From Kiritimatiella glycovorans (lineage in GTDB: Bacteria; Verrucomicrobiota; Kiritimatiellia; Kiritimatiellales; Kiritimatiellaceae), in assembly GCF_001017655.1 (NCBI RefSeq), contig NZ_CP010904.1, positions 480,001-512,000 of the forward strand: 32,000 nt of DNA. The letters are read 5' to 3'. The notes below the pieces were generated by a model, which did no database searches, was not told the DNA's origin, and saw only the letters and a list, made by a program, of their open reading frames with translations. This document shows, in pieces, positions 1 to 7,745 of the stretch. The number at the start of each line of letters is the position of its first letter. The first letter of the stretch is position 1. Both the position numbers and the translations under genes were made by a program.

Positions 1-17
1 TTCTTTTAGGGGGAGAA

Positions 18-2510
18 ATGAAGTTGTATCAGGGAATGATGGCGATGGCGGCGCTCCTGCTGGCGGGGGCGGCTTCGGGGGCCGAAGATCGGGCGGGGAC
101 GTATCCGACGCATCTCACCCTGTTGCGCAGCGGAGAGGTCCGGCCGCGGGGGTGGATGCTCGAACAGATGCGCGGCGATCTGGAGGAGGGCTACATCGCG
201 CACTATGACGAGATCAGCCCCATGGCCGCGCAGGACATCTTCGTGGACAACAAGTCGAACTACGAAGAGCCGAACCTTCTCCATTCGCCGATCAAGCGGA
301 AGGTCAAACCCTGGTGGTGCGGAGAGGTCGAAGGACTGTGGAAGGAGTCAGTTACGCGTCTCGCTTTTCTGACCGGTCAGGATCATTACAGCGAGATCGC
401 GCGCGGCTGGATCGAGCGAATCATGGCGGACCAGCCGGAGAGCGGTTATCTCGGCATGTACCGTCCGGAAGTCCGTCTCCAGCACCGTCAGGAAAACGGT
501 GAGCTGTGGACGATGACGCTCGAGATGCTGATGATGCTCTCCTTCTACGAGTACACGGGCGATGCCCGGGTGCTCGATTCCGTGACACGCGGCGTCGATC
601 TGGTTATGGAGACCTACGGCCCGCACAACTACTACTTCGGCTGGCACTACGGCTCGAGCGGCGGGGGCTGGACACACGGGCTCGCGTTCATGGATATCCT
701 CGAATGGCTGTACCGGATCACGGGCGAGGACCGCTATGCCGACTTCGCGGAGTTCCTGTACCGCGAGGACTGGTCGCCGAAAGGTGAGATCAGTGTCGCG
801 CCGCTGCTCGACGAGAATCACACCTTTTCCACCCACGGCGCCCACCTCGGCGAACAGTTCATGGTGCCATTTTTTGTGAACGCCGTTCGGCCCGCGTCGG
901 ACCTGGAGGAGGCCACGGCCAACGCGATGGACATCCTGGAGTACCACTTCACCCCCGGCGGATGCATCCAGAGTGCCGAGGGGGTGGAGCACCGTCGCGG
1001 GAATGCGGACTGCGCGAAGGAGTACTGCACGATCCTTCAGTTCACGCGGGCGTTGAATAAGGTGTCGATGTTCACGCTCGACCGCCGCGCCGCAGAATGG
1101 GTGGAGCGGATCGCCTGCAACGCCGCCCAGGCCGCGCGCTTTCACCCCTACCTCAAGGCCGTGCAGTACACCTCCAGCGATAACCGCCTTGAAATCAACG
1201 AGGCCGGGCGCGGGCATCGCGACGCCTATTCCGCCTGCCACGGCGCGCCCTGCTGCGCCATGAGCGGCGCGCGCTACATATCCTATTTCGTCGAAAGCAT
1301 GTGGATGCGCCGCACGGATCACCCGGGACTCGTCCTGATGCAGTACGGGCCGTGCGAAGTGCGGACCCGGCTCGGCGGCACCGGCGTGGCGATTCGTGAG
1401 GAGACGGTTTATCCGTTTTCCGACCGGGTGCGCCTCGCCATCGAAACGGAAACCCCCGTCGAGTTCACCCTCTACCTCCGCCGACCCGCATCGGCGCGGC
1501 GCATGCAGGTGAACGCGCCGGACGGCGCGAAGGTCCGCGATGAGGGAGGGTTTCTCGAGATCCGCCGGCGCTGGCGTACGGGGGACACCGTGGAGCTGGT
1601 CTTCGACTACCCGGTCGAAAAGATCATGCAGCCTGCCTCGGAGACGGTCTGGAGTGACGAGGGAGGCTGCTATCTCAAACGCGGGCCGCTGGTGTTCGCG
1701 CTTCCTCTCGAACATACTATCGAGCCGATTGAGGAGTATTTCGATTCCGGTCATCACCGGTTCGATGTGAAAACCCTCGATGCCACGGGGTGGAACTACG
1801 CGATCGATCCGGACGAACCGTTTGAACTCGTGCGCACAGAATCCGCCGGAGAAAAACACCCCTGGGTCGAGCCGCCTCTCCGACTGCGCGGTCGGCTCGT
1901 CACGCGCGGAGGAGAGAAGGTCGAAGTCGAACTCGTTCCGCTCGGGTCGACCAAGGTCCGGCGGGTTGTGTTTCCGCTCCATTCATCGTTAACCGACGAA
2001 CCTCCGCTGCCGGAGGGAATGGCGTTGAGCGAAGGGCGCGCGCTGCTCTTTCACGACAGCTTCGAGCCCGGCGGCGAACGATTCGTGCGGCTTCACGGCG
2101 AAGCGGACGGATCTCTGCCCCTGGTCGCAGATCCCTCGAGTGCACGCGGGGGGCACTGTTTGCGTCACGCGGAGGGCAATGGATACTTCACCGTGAAACT
2201 GGGTGATCCGAAGCCGTCCTCACGTTACCTGATCGGATTCTGGGCGCGGATGCCGAAGACCTCGCGCGTGCTGATCTACGCGCTTGATGAGGCGAAAGGC
2301 GAATGGGATGAGGGGAAGATCGGCGTCTTCCAGGGGATTCCGTCGCGATGGAAGTACTTCTGTCTCGAGGCGGAGGGGATCGCCGAAACGCAGGACACTC
2401 TCGGCCTGCATCTTGCCGGCGGAGCGGAGATCGATGACCTGCGTGTGATCGAAATCGAACAGCCCGGTCCGGGCCGCGAGAAAATCAAGGCGCACGGCTT
2501 TTACTGGTGA
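18..2510 (+). CDS. Secreted glycoside hydrolase family 127-like protein (DUF1680, beta-L-arabinofuranosidase type) with a C-terminal beta-sandwich/CBM-like extension
   Basis: 830-aa ORF with a purine-rich AGGGGGAG just upstream of the ATG. Sec-type signal MKLYQGMMAMAALLLAGAASGA. Glu335-x-Cys337 (EYC, nt 1020-1028) and Cys412-Cys413 (APCC, nt 1251-1256) are spaced almost as the Glu338/Cys340/Cys417/Cys418 Zn/nucleophile tetrad recalled for Bifidobacterium HypBA1 (GH127). About 180 extra C-terminal residues resemble a carbohydrate-binding beta-sandwich. Confidence 0.65.
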   Translation: MKLYQGMMAMAALLLAGAASGAEDRAGTYPTHLTLLRSGEVRPRGWMLEQMRGDLEEGYIAHYDEISPMAAQDIFVDNKSNYEEPNLLHSPIKRKVKPWWCGEVEGLWKESVTRLAFLTGQDHYSEIARGWIERIMADQPESGYLGMYRPEVRLQHRQENGELWTMTLEMLMMLSFYEYTGDARVLDSVTRGVDLVMETYGPHNYYFGWHYGSSGGGWTHGLAFMDILEWLYRITGEDRYADFAEFLYREDWSPKGEISVAPLLDENHTFSTHGAHLGEQFMVPFFVNAVRPASDLEEATANAMDILEYHFTPGGCIQSAEGVEHRRGNADCAKEYCTILQFTRALNKVSMFTLDRRAAEWVERIACNAAQAARFHPYLKAVQYTSSDNRLEINEAGRGHRDAYSACHGAPCCAMSGARYISYFVESMWMRRTDHPGLVLMQYGPCEVRTRLGGTGVAIREETVYPFSDRVRLAIETETPVEFTLYLRRPASARRMQVNAPDGAKVRDEGGFLEIRRRWRTGDTVELVFDYPVEKIMQPASETVWSDEGGCYLKRGPLVFALPLEHTIEPIEEYFDSGHHRFDVKTLDATGWNYAIDPDEPFELVRTESAGEKHPWVEPPLRLRGRLVTRGGEKVEVELVPLGSTKVRRVVFPLHSSLTDEPPLPEGMALSEGRALLFHDSFEPGGERFVRLHGEADGSLPLVADPSSARGGHCLRHAEGNGYFTVKLGDPKPSSRYLIGFWARMPKTSRVLIYALDEAKGEWDEGKIGVFQGIPSRWKYFCLEAEGIAETQDTLGLHLAGGAEIDDLRVIEIEQPGPGREKIKAHGFYW

Positions 2511-2621
2511 ACGTGGTGTAATCACGCAACGTTGTAGAGGCGGCTCTATGAGCCGCGGGGCGTTTCACAGAAACACCGCTACAGGGCGGGAGGAAGCGAT
2601 CGGACGCATCGAATACCACTT

Positions 2622-2978
2622 TTGACAGTGTGGAATTCGTATGTGGCCGCGCAGCTCATGTGGGATCCGTCTCGTTCCGGCGAGGATCTGCTGCGCGAAT
2701 TCACCGGAGCCCTCTTCGGCCCGTCGAATCGCGAGCCTATGGCGGCGGTGCTCGAGGACTATGAACAGGTGAGCTGCCACCTGTGTCCGGGTCGTCAATC
2801 CAATGACCCCGCCCTCGTGTTCGGCGGGGCGGAAGAGCGGATGGCACGGTTGCACCACGCGCGCGAGATTCTGGGGCGGAGAAATACGTCGGAGTATATG
2901 AACAAAAACGTCTTTCCCCGCTATTGGAAAGATTGTCGGAATATCCGCACTCAGCAGGATCTCCGCGAACCCCGATAA
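2622..2978 (+). pseudogene. C-terminal remnant of a larger glycan-related protein (DUF4838-like tail); probable gene fragment
   Basis: The frame is open only from 2538, after an in-frame TAG at 2535-2537. The only start is a TTG at 2622 and there is no SD. The peptide WNSYVAAQLMWDPSRSGEDLLREFTGALFGP resembles the C-terminal part of much longer (about 700 aa) DUF4838-type proteins; the N-terminal bulk is absent. Confidence 0.35.
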
Positions 2979-3006
2979 TCCGTGGGGTTATACGGGGAGG
3001 GTCGGC

Positions 3007-3248
3007 TTCCACGCCGACCGCAAAGGGGACGGGGTGGAACCCGTCCCTCCAACGCCGACCGCAAAGGGGACGGGGTGGAACCCGTCCCTCCAACGCCGAC
3101 CGAAAAGAGGACGGGGTGGAACCCGTCCCTCCCACGCCGACCACAAAGAGGACGGGGTGGAACCCGTCCCTCCCACGCCGACCATCAAGAGGACGGGGTG
3201 GAACCCGTCCCTCCAGGGAAGACGCCAGGGACGGGGTGGAACCCGTTG
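3007..3248. repeat. Tandem array of 41-bp hairpin-containing repeats (5 full units plus 1 degenerate unit), REP/BIME-like
   Basis: The core (G/A)GGACGGG-GTGGAA-CCCGTCC(C) recurs at 3026, 3067, 3108, 3149 and 3190 with an exact 41-bp period, and at 3228 in degenerate form. Stem is 7-8 bp with a 6-nt loop. The conserved linker CTCC(A/C)ACGCCGACC is followed by about 8 variable nt. The array lies between the convergent 3-prime ends of the remnant ORF (2978) and the GRE activase (stop codon 3262-3264). Confidence 0.9.
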
Positions 3249-3261
3249 CTGCGGGTTGGAT

Positions 3262-4176
3262 TTACACCGGACAGCCCGCCTCTCGAAGCCAGGCCGTCCA
3301 GCGGGTCTTCTGCTCCTCGCTTGCGGTTTCAGCTTTAAGCGGCGGGACCGGTCTTCCGACACGCGCGCCCTTGGCCTCTCCCATCGCGTGATACGGCATG
3401 ATCTCCATGCCCTCCAGCGCGTCCGCGTACCGGCGGTAGAGATCGGCGAGCCGGCGCAGGTCCTCATCGGAGTCGTTGCGGCCGGGGACGAGCGGGCACC
3501 GCAGCCGGACGTGGCCGCCCCGTTTCAGAATCCGATCCAGGTTGCTCAGAATCAGGTCCGTCGTAACCCCGGTGTTCGCCTTGTGCCGGTCGGGGTCGAG
3601 CCCCTTGACGTCGAACAGAAACAGGTCGACGACCTCGAGGATCGCGTCAAACCGTTCGGCGGGGGCATGGCCGCACGTTTCGAGGCAGGTATGGATCTCA
3701 TTCTCCCGCGCGGCGGCAAGCAGTTCGGCGGTGAATTCGAACTGCGCCATCGGCTCGCCCCCGGAGAGCGTGACTCCGCCGCCGGATCGATCGTAGTAGC
3801 GGCGGTCTTTGAGCACGGGTTCCATGACCTCCTCCACGCTCATCTCCCGGCCCTTGATCTCGAGCGCCTCTGCCGGGCAGGTCCGAACGCAGGCGCCGCA
3901 GGCGGTGCATGAGGCCCGGTCGATCGCGTGTTCGCCCGTGGCGGGATCGAGGTGGTGGACCCCGTTCCGGCAGGCCGCGACACAGGCGCCGCAGGCCGTG
4001 CAGCGTTCGGGAATGAAATAGAGTTCCCGTTGAAACGAGATCGACTCCGGATTGTGACACCACGCGCAGTTCAGCGGGCAGCCTTTGAGAAATACGGTGG
4101 TGCGGATCCCCGGCCCGTCGTGCAGCGAACAGCGGTGGATGTCCAGAACGAGTCCTGTTCGTTCTCGAGCTTCCAT
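3262..4176 (-). CDS. Glycyl-radical enzyme activating enzyme (radical SAM, with a two-[4Fe-4S] ferredoxin-like insert)
   Basis: CPLNCAWC (CxxxCxxC) at nt 4057-4080, followed by CTACGACVAAC and CTACGACVRTCP ferredoxin motifs. ATG at 4176 is preceded by AGGAGGA with 8-nt spacing. The ORF extension to 4260 would overlap the GRE gene and is not used. The gene starts 31 nt downstream of the GRE stop. Confidence 0.85.
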   Translation of the reverse strand: MEARERTGLVLDIHRCSLHDGPGIRTTVFLKGCPLNCAWCHNPESISFQRELYFIPERCTACGACVAACRNGVHHLDPATGEHAIDRASCTACGACVRTCPAEALEIKGREMSVEEVMEPVLKDRRYYDRSGGGVTLSGGEPMAQFEFTAELLAAARENEIHTCLETCGHAPAERFDAILEVVDLFLFDVKGLDPDRHKANTGVTTDLILSNLDRILKRGGHVRLRCPLVPGRNDSDEDLRRLADLYRRYADALEGMEIMPYHAMGEAKGARVGRPVPPLKAETASEEQKTRWTAWLREAGCPV

Positions 4177-4207
4177 GCCCCATATCCTCCTGTCCCCGTC
4201 GGCGGGC

Positions 4208-6547
4208 TCAGTACAGCGTCCGGTGCAGCACTTCCTGCTGTATACGCTCTTCCAGATCAATGAACCGTGCAGACCATCCGCCGACGCGGATCAGGACGTG
4301 CGGGTATTTCTCCGGATGCTCGATGGCGTCCTCGAGATCGCGCCGGCCGACGACGGTGACATTCGCCTGCTGGCCGCCGTCGCCGAAGTAGGCGTCGAAC
4401 AGCGCCTCGGTCTTGGGGCGGTTCTCTTCGTCGAACATCGACTTCGACAGTTTGAAATTGGTGATGTAGCCCCCGTTTTCGATCGGGGTTCCGATGATCG
4501 AATTGAAGAGGGCGGTGATGCCGTTCTTATCGCGTCCGGCCAGCGGGCTGTTGCCGATGGAAAAGGCCTCGCCGCGTCTGCGTCCGTCCGCGGAAGCGCC
4601 CGTTTCGTACCCGAGCCGGACGCCGCCGGGGTTCACGCTGCTCATGATATAGTAGTGCAGATCCGTGCCTTCGATCGCCTCCGCAACGGCCCGGTTGCAG
4701 AAGCGGTTGACCTCGTGGACCATCGCATCGACGTCCGGTTCGTCGTTCCCGTATTTCGGGAGCGCCAGCAGCTCGCGCCGCAGCGCCTCGTGATTTTTGT
4801 AGTCCGCATCGAGGATCGCGATGAGCTGCGGGAGCGTGTACTTCTTGTCCTCGTAGACGAGGCGGCGGATGTTGTAGAGACTCTCGCCCGCGGGGGTGCC
4901 GCCGAAGCCCTCCGCGCAGCCGCCGCGATAACGGATCCCTTCGATCAGCCCCGCGGCCTTTTCAATGCAGTCCTCGCTCAAAATCGCATTGAGCAGAAAG
5001 GCGCAGTCGGCGCCTTCGATCCGGTACTCGATATCGTGGCAGCGGGCGGAAATGCGTGCCAGACAGCTTACCTGTTCCCGGAACGCCTCATAGAGCTGAT
5101 CGAAGGTTTCGAACGTCCCGGGATCGCCGGTCTCCGGTCCGTTTCTGCGCCCGGTCAGGGCGTCGCGCCCGTTGTGCAGCGCCGCTTCGAGCGCCTTGGT
5201 GATGTTCAGTGCCGTGTTCGGACTGCCGATACCGATTTTGTTCAGGCTGTATTCGCCGCATCCGAGCGGAAGGTAATTCACGGCGTCTTCCATCGGGAGG
5301 TTCATGATCCGCGAGACGCCCTCGATGCAGCGGTCGTCGTTGTAGAGCATGGGGTAGAGGCAGCCCTCGCCGATCACGTCATACGCCTTGCTCATCACGG
5401 CCGGATCGATGCCGTCGTAGAAGCGCAATGTCATGGTCGGAAGGATCGAGCGCTTGCGCCGCGTGGTCTCCATGGCCACGATCGCGAAGCGGTCGGCGTT
5501 CTTTTCGTTGCGCCGTCCGCGCCCGCCGAGGGCCAGGCGGCCGCCGGAATTGACGGTGTAATCGTCAATCATCGTCCAGAGCGAGGTCAGCATCTCAATG
5601 GCGTCCTCATCCGTAATGACGCCCTGGTCTATGTCGTGCGCGTAGAAGTCGCCGAGGTAGACGTCCATGCGCCCGCAGTCGAACGTCTCAGCCATGACCG
5701 CGTAGAGGCGGTAAAGCTGGATCGCCTCGAAGAGCGACTCCGGTTTGCGCTGCCGTACCGCATCGAGGGCCCCGGCGATGCGTTCGAGTTCGCCCCGCCG
5801 CTTCTCCGTCGCTCCTTTCATCTTCGCGCGCGCTTCTTCGGCGTAATGCGCGCAGGCGGATTTCACGGTATCGAGCGTCATCAGCATGGCTTGAATGACA
5901 GCCTTTTCGTCATCGGTCTGCGTGCGCTTTCCACGCTCGATCAGCTCGTCCGCCAGGCCGTTGAGGCCTCGCTGAAGCAGTTTGTCGTAGTCGGGCAGCA
6001 TGCCGGCGATCCGGCAGGATCCGATGTGCAGGATCGGGCCCTCGCCCTCGCGCAGCGTGTAGGGGAGGATGCTCTGCATCGGGTACTCGCACAATTCGGG
6101 GGGGAGGGCCTCGTTGAATCGTCGCCACGTGTTTTCCTGTTCCCAGAATGCGCGGAGTTCTTTGAGTTCGGCGGCGTATTCGGGGTGCTGCTGCGCGAGA
6201 TAGGTCATATATTCGGAGTGGACGCAATAGCCGGCCTGCTGGATGCGGGGGCCGAGGGTGCTTGCCGGGTCACCCGTATCGACCGCATCCTCGGTAATTG
6301 GCACGCCGTCGACGATCGTCTCGTCGAATCCCTGGACAGAGACCTTCACCAGGTAGCTCGCCTTCTCCATGATGCCGGCGAAGAGGTCTTTTTCGCGGAT
6401 CGGCTTGAGCAGGGCGGGGAACTGGGTGCGCACGCAGTGCGCCTCGCGCAGGGCTTTGGGATCGTCCGCGTGTTCCCGGTAGGCCCGGGTGAATTCGATC
6501 GCCGAGCGAATGATCCTCTTTTCGAACAGGGTTTGCTCGTTTTGCAT
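4208..6547 (-). CDS. Glycyl-radical enzyme, PFL-fold, Cys-x-Glu (dehydratase/1,2-eliminase-type) class, substrate unknown
   Basis: C-terminal glycyl-radical motif VLIRVGGWSARF (radical Gly codon at 4277-4279). Thiyl loop LPLGCGEY (Cys 5258-5260, Glu 5252-5254). GRE-typical YGNDEPDVD and ASADGRRRGE segments. The ORF is open to 6598, but the ATG at 6547 has an AGGAGGAG SD with 8-nt spacing, giving 779 aa. Confidence 0.85.
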   Translation of the reverse strand: MQNEQTLFEKRIIRSAIEFTRAYREHADDPKALREAHCVRTQFPALLKPIREKDLFAGIMEKASYLVKVSVQGFDETIVDGVPITEDAVDTGDPASTLGPRIQQAGYCVHSEYMTYLAQQHPEYAAELKELRAFWEQENTWRRFNEALPPELCEYPMQSILPYTLREGEGPILHIGSCRIAGMLPDYDKLLQRGLNGLADELIERGKRTQTDDEKAVIQAMLMTLDTVKSACAHYAEEARAKMKGATEKRRGELERIAGALDAVRQRKPESLFEAIQLYRLYAVMAETFDCGRMDVYLGDFYAHDIDQGVITDEDAIEMLTSLWTMIDDYTVNSGGRLALGGRGRRNEKNADRFAIVAMETTRRKRSILPTMTLRFYDGIDPAVMSKAYDVIGEGCLYPMLYNDDRCIEGVSRIMNLPMEDAVNYLPLGCGEYSLNKIGIGSPNTALNITKALEAALHNGRDALTGRRNGPETGDPGTFETFDQLYEAFREQVSCLARISARCHDIEYRIEGADCAFLLNAILSEDCIEKAAGLIEGIRYRGGCAEGFGGTPAGESLYNIRRLVYEDKKYTLPQLIAILDADYKNHEALRRELLALPKYGNDEPDVDAMVHEVNRFCNRAVAEAIEGTDLHYYIMSSVNPGGVRLGYETGASADGRRRGEAFSIGNSPLAGRDKNGITALFNSIIGTPIENGGYITNFKLSKSMFDEENRPKTEALFDAYFGDGGQQANVTVVGRRDLEDAIEHPEKYPHVLIRVGGWSARFIDLEERIQQEVLHRTLY

Positions 6548-6640
6548 GGGGCGTACTCCTCCTGATCGGGCAGCGCTTTGGTGTGCTTTTTTCTTCATAC
6601 GGTTAAGCTAAAGGAAAAGTTCCATGCGTGCCTCTCCGAT

Positions 6641-6670
6641 TCGGCATAAAAAGTTTGAAAATCGGCATAA
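6641..6670. promoter_or_regulatory. Candidate AraC-type operator: direct repeat TCGGCATAA x2 with 21-bp phasing in the GRE/araC divergent intergenic region
   Basis: Perfect 9-mers at 6641-6649 and 6662-6670, two helical turns apart. They lie in the 142-bp region between the GRE start (6547, minus strand) and the AraC start (6690, plus strand). An adjacent palindrome ATTTCA-N5-TGAAAT is at 6671-6687. Confidence 0.3.
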
Positions 6671-6689
6671 TTTCATTTATTGAAATAAC

Positions 6690-7538
6690 ATGATGGTGAG
6701 TCGTCCATCCAAGTTTCTCGCCGGATTTCTGGTTGAGTCGGAACCGGGCGACCCTCCCTGGTTTTCGGGCGCGCAGGAGGCGTGGGTGCCGCGCAGCATG
6801 CCGGTACAGCGGCACACGATGCATTGCTACGAATTCCATGCGCAGTTCAGAGGCGGGACGGTGTGGTCGATCGGGCGTCGCCGCCTTACGGTGGCCCCGG
6901 CGCAGGTATTGCTTATCCCGCCGGAGCGGTCGCATCATCTCGAGTCATTTGAGGAGGACGAGAATCATCACTTCGCGCTCGGGGTTCGCCCGACGCAGTT
7001 CGATCCTCCGGTCGAGGGAGTGGATCTTCCCTGGTCACTCGAGCCTGTGACCTTTCCGCTCACGCGTTCGATGCGGGAGATCATCCACCTCTTCGTGCGC
7101 GAGATGGTGTCCGATTCGGAAGCGAAGACCGTGGTCATGGAATCGGCCGCGCGGGTGCTGGCTGTAGAGATTCATCGCGCCCTGCATCCCGCGCCCGGAT
7201 CGCCACGGGGTGCGAAGATCGCGCAGCACCCTGCCATCGCCCAGGCCGTACGGCTGATCGACGAGCATCCCGACGCCGACTGGTCCCTGCAGAATCTGGC
7301 CCGGGCCGTTCGCGTTTCGCCGCGACGGCTCTTCGACCTCTTCAAGCGGGAGCTGCGCATGACGCCGCACGAGTACCATGTTGAACAGCGGCTCGAACTC
7401 GCGCGGCGTCTGCTTCGCGATACAGACCGTCCCGTGACGGAACTCGCCCTCGATACGGGGTTTTCCTCGAGTCAGAACTTCGCCACGGCCTTCCGGCGAT
7501 ATACGGGCCAGACGCCGCTGCAGTATCGTCGGGGCTAG
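6690..7538 (+). CDS. AraC/XylS family transcriptional regulator (N-terminal cupin-like sensor, C-terminal double HTH)
   Basis: The C-terminus LARAVRVSPRRLFDLFKRELRMTPHEYHVEQRLELARRLLRDTDRPVTELALDTGFSSSQNFATAFRRYTGQTPLQYRR is a typical AraC HTH signature. The gene is divergent from the GRE operon. Confidence 0.85.
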   Translation: MMVSRPSKFLAGFLVESEPGDPPWFSGAQEAWVPRSMPVQRHTMHCYEFHAQFRGGTVWSIGRRRLTVAPAQVLLIPPERSHHLESFEEDENHHFALGVRPTQFDPPVEGVDLPWSLEPVTFPLTRSMREIIHLFVREMVSDSEAKTVVMESAARVLAVEIHRALHPAPGSPRGAKIAQHPAIAQAVRLIDEHPDADWSLQNLARAVRVSPRRLFDLFKRELRMTPHEYHVEQRLELARRLLRDTDRPVTELALDTGFSSSQNFATAFRRYTGQTPLQYRRG

Positions 7539-7745
7539 CCTGATCTATTTGCGAAGGTCGAATCCGAGGCGCGAAATCGGGGAGGGGTTTTCGCATGCGA
7601 GTACGATGCAGTGGGCGGAGAACGGCGAAATGCTTTTCCTGTTTGCAGCAGGTCCGCAGCCCTGCAGAGCGGAGCCGGGTGCAATACCGCTGTGCGGAAC
7701 CGCGCATCGCTCTTCCGCCTCCGCCGCGTTACGCTATCGGCGGGG

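Noticed and set aside
348-1982. 544-aa minus-strand ORF opposite the GH127-like gene
   Set aside because: It is antisense to a gene with a signal peptide and a catalytic Cys/Glu pattern. Its composition is shadow-ORF-like and it has no recognisable domain.
3007-3248. CRISPR array interpretation of the tandem repeat
   Set aside because: The period is only 41 bp, with about 33 conserved and about 8 variable nucleotides. That is far too short for spacers. The variable parts are near-identical variants of each other, and no cas genes are in the window.
2924-3912. ORFs 2924-3391, 2982-3338, 3034-3912 (plus strand) and 2988-3467 (minus strand) encoding repeated GWNPSL/GGTRPS/VEPVPP peptides
   Set aside because: They are products of translating the 41-bp tandem repeat. 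The period is not a multiple of 3, so the same peptides rotate through all three frames. That is incompatible with a conserved coding repeat. The 3034-3912 ORF also runs antisense into the activase gene.
3262-4176. The radical-SAM protein as the anaerobic sulfatase-maturating enzyme (anSME) for the neighbouring sulfatases
   Set aside because: Its architecture is CxxxCxxC immediately followed by two CxxCxxCxxxC ferredoxin motifs, about 300 aa long, and encoded directly after a GRE. That matches GRE activases. No C-terminal SPASM-type cluster region is visible.
4177-4260. N-terminal 28-codon extension of the activase ORF overlapping the GRE 3-prime end
   Set aside because: The internal ATG at 4176 has a strong AGGAGGA SD and gives the usual activase N-terminus. 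The extension would overlap the GRE coding region by 53 nt.
4085-6565. 826-aa plus-strand ORF covering the whole GRE gene
   Set aside because: It is exactly antisense to a motif-rich GRE gene. Its translation is Arg/Ala/Gly/Val-rich low-complexity sequence with no motifs and no SD. This is a typical shadow ORF of high-GC DNA.
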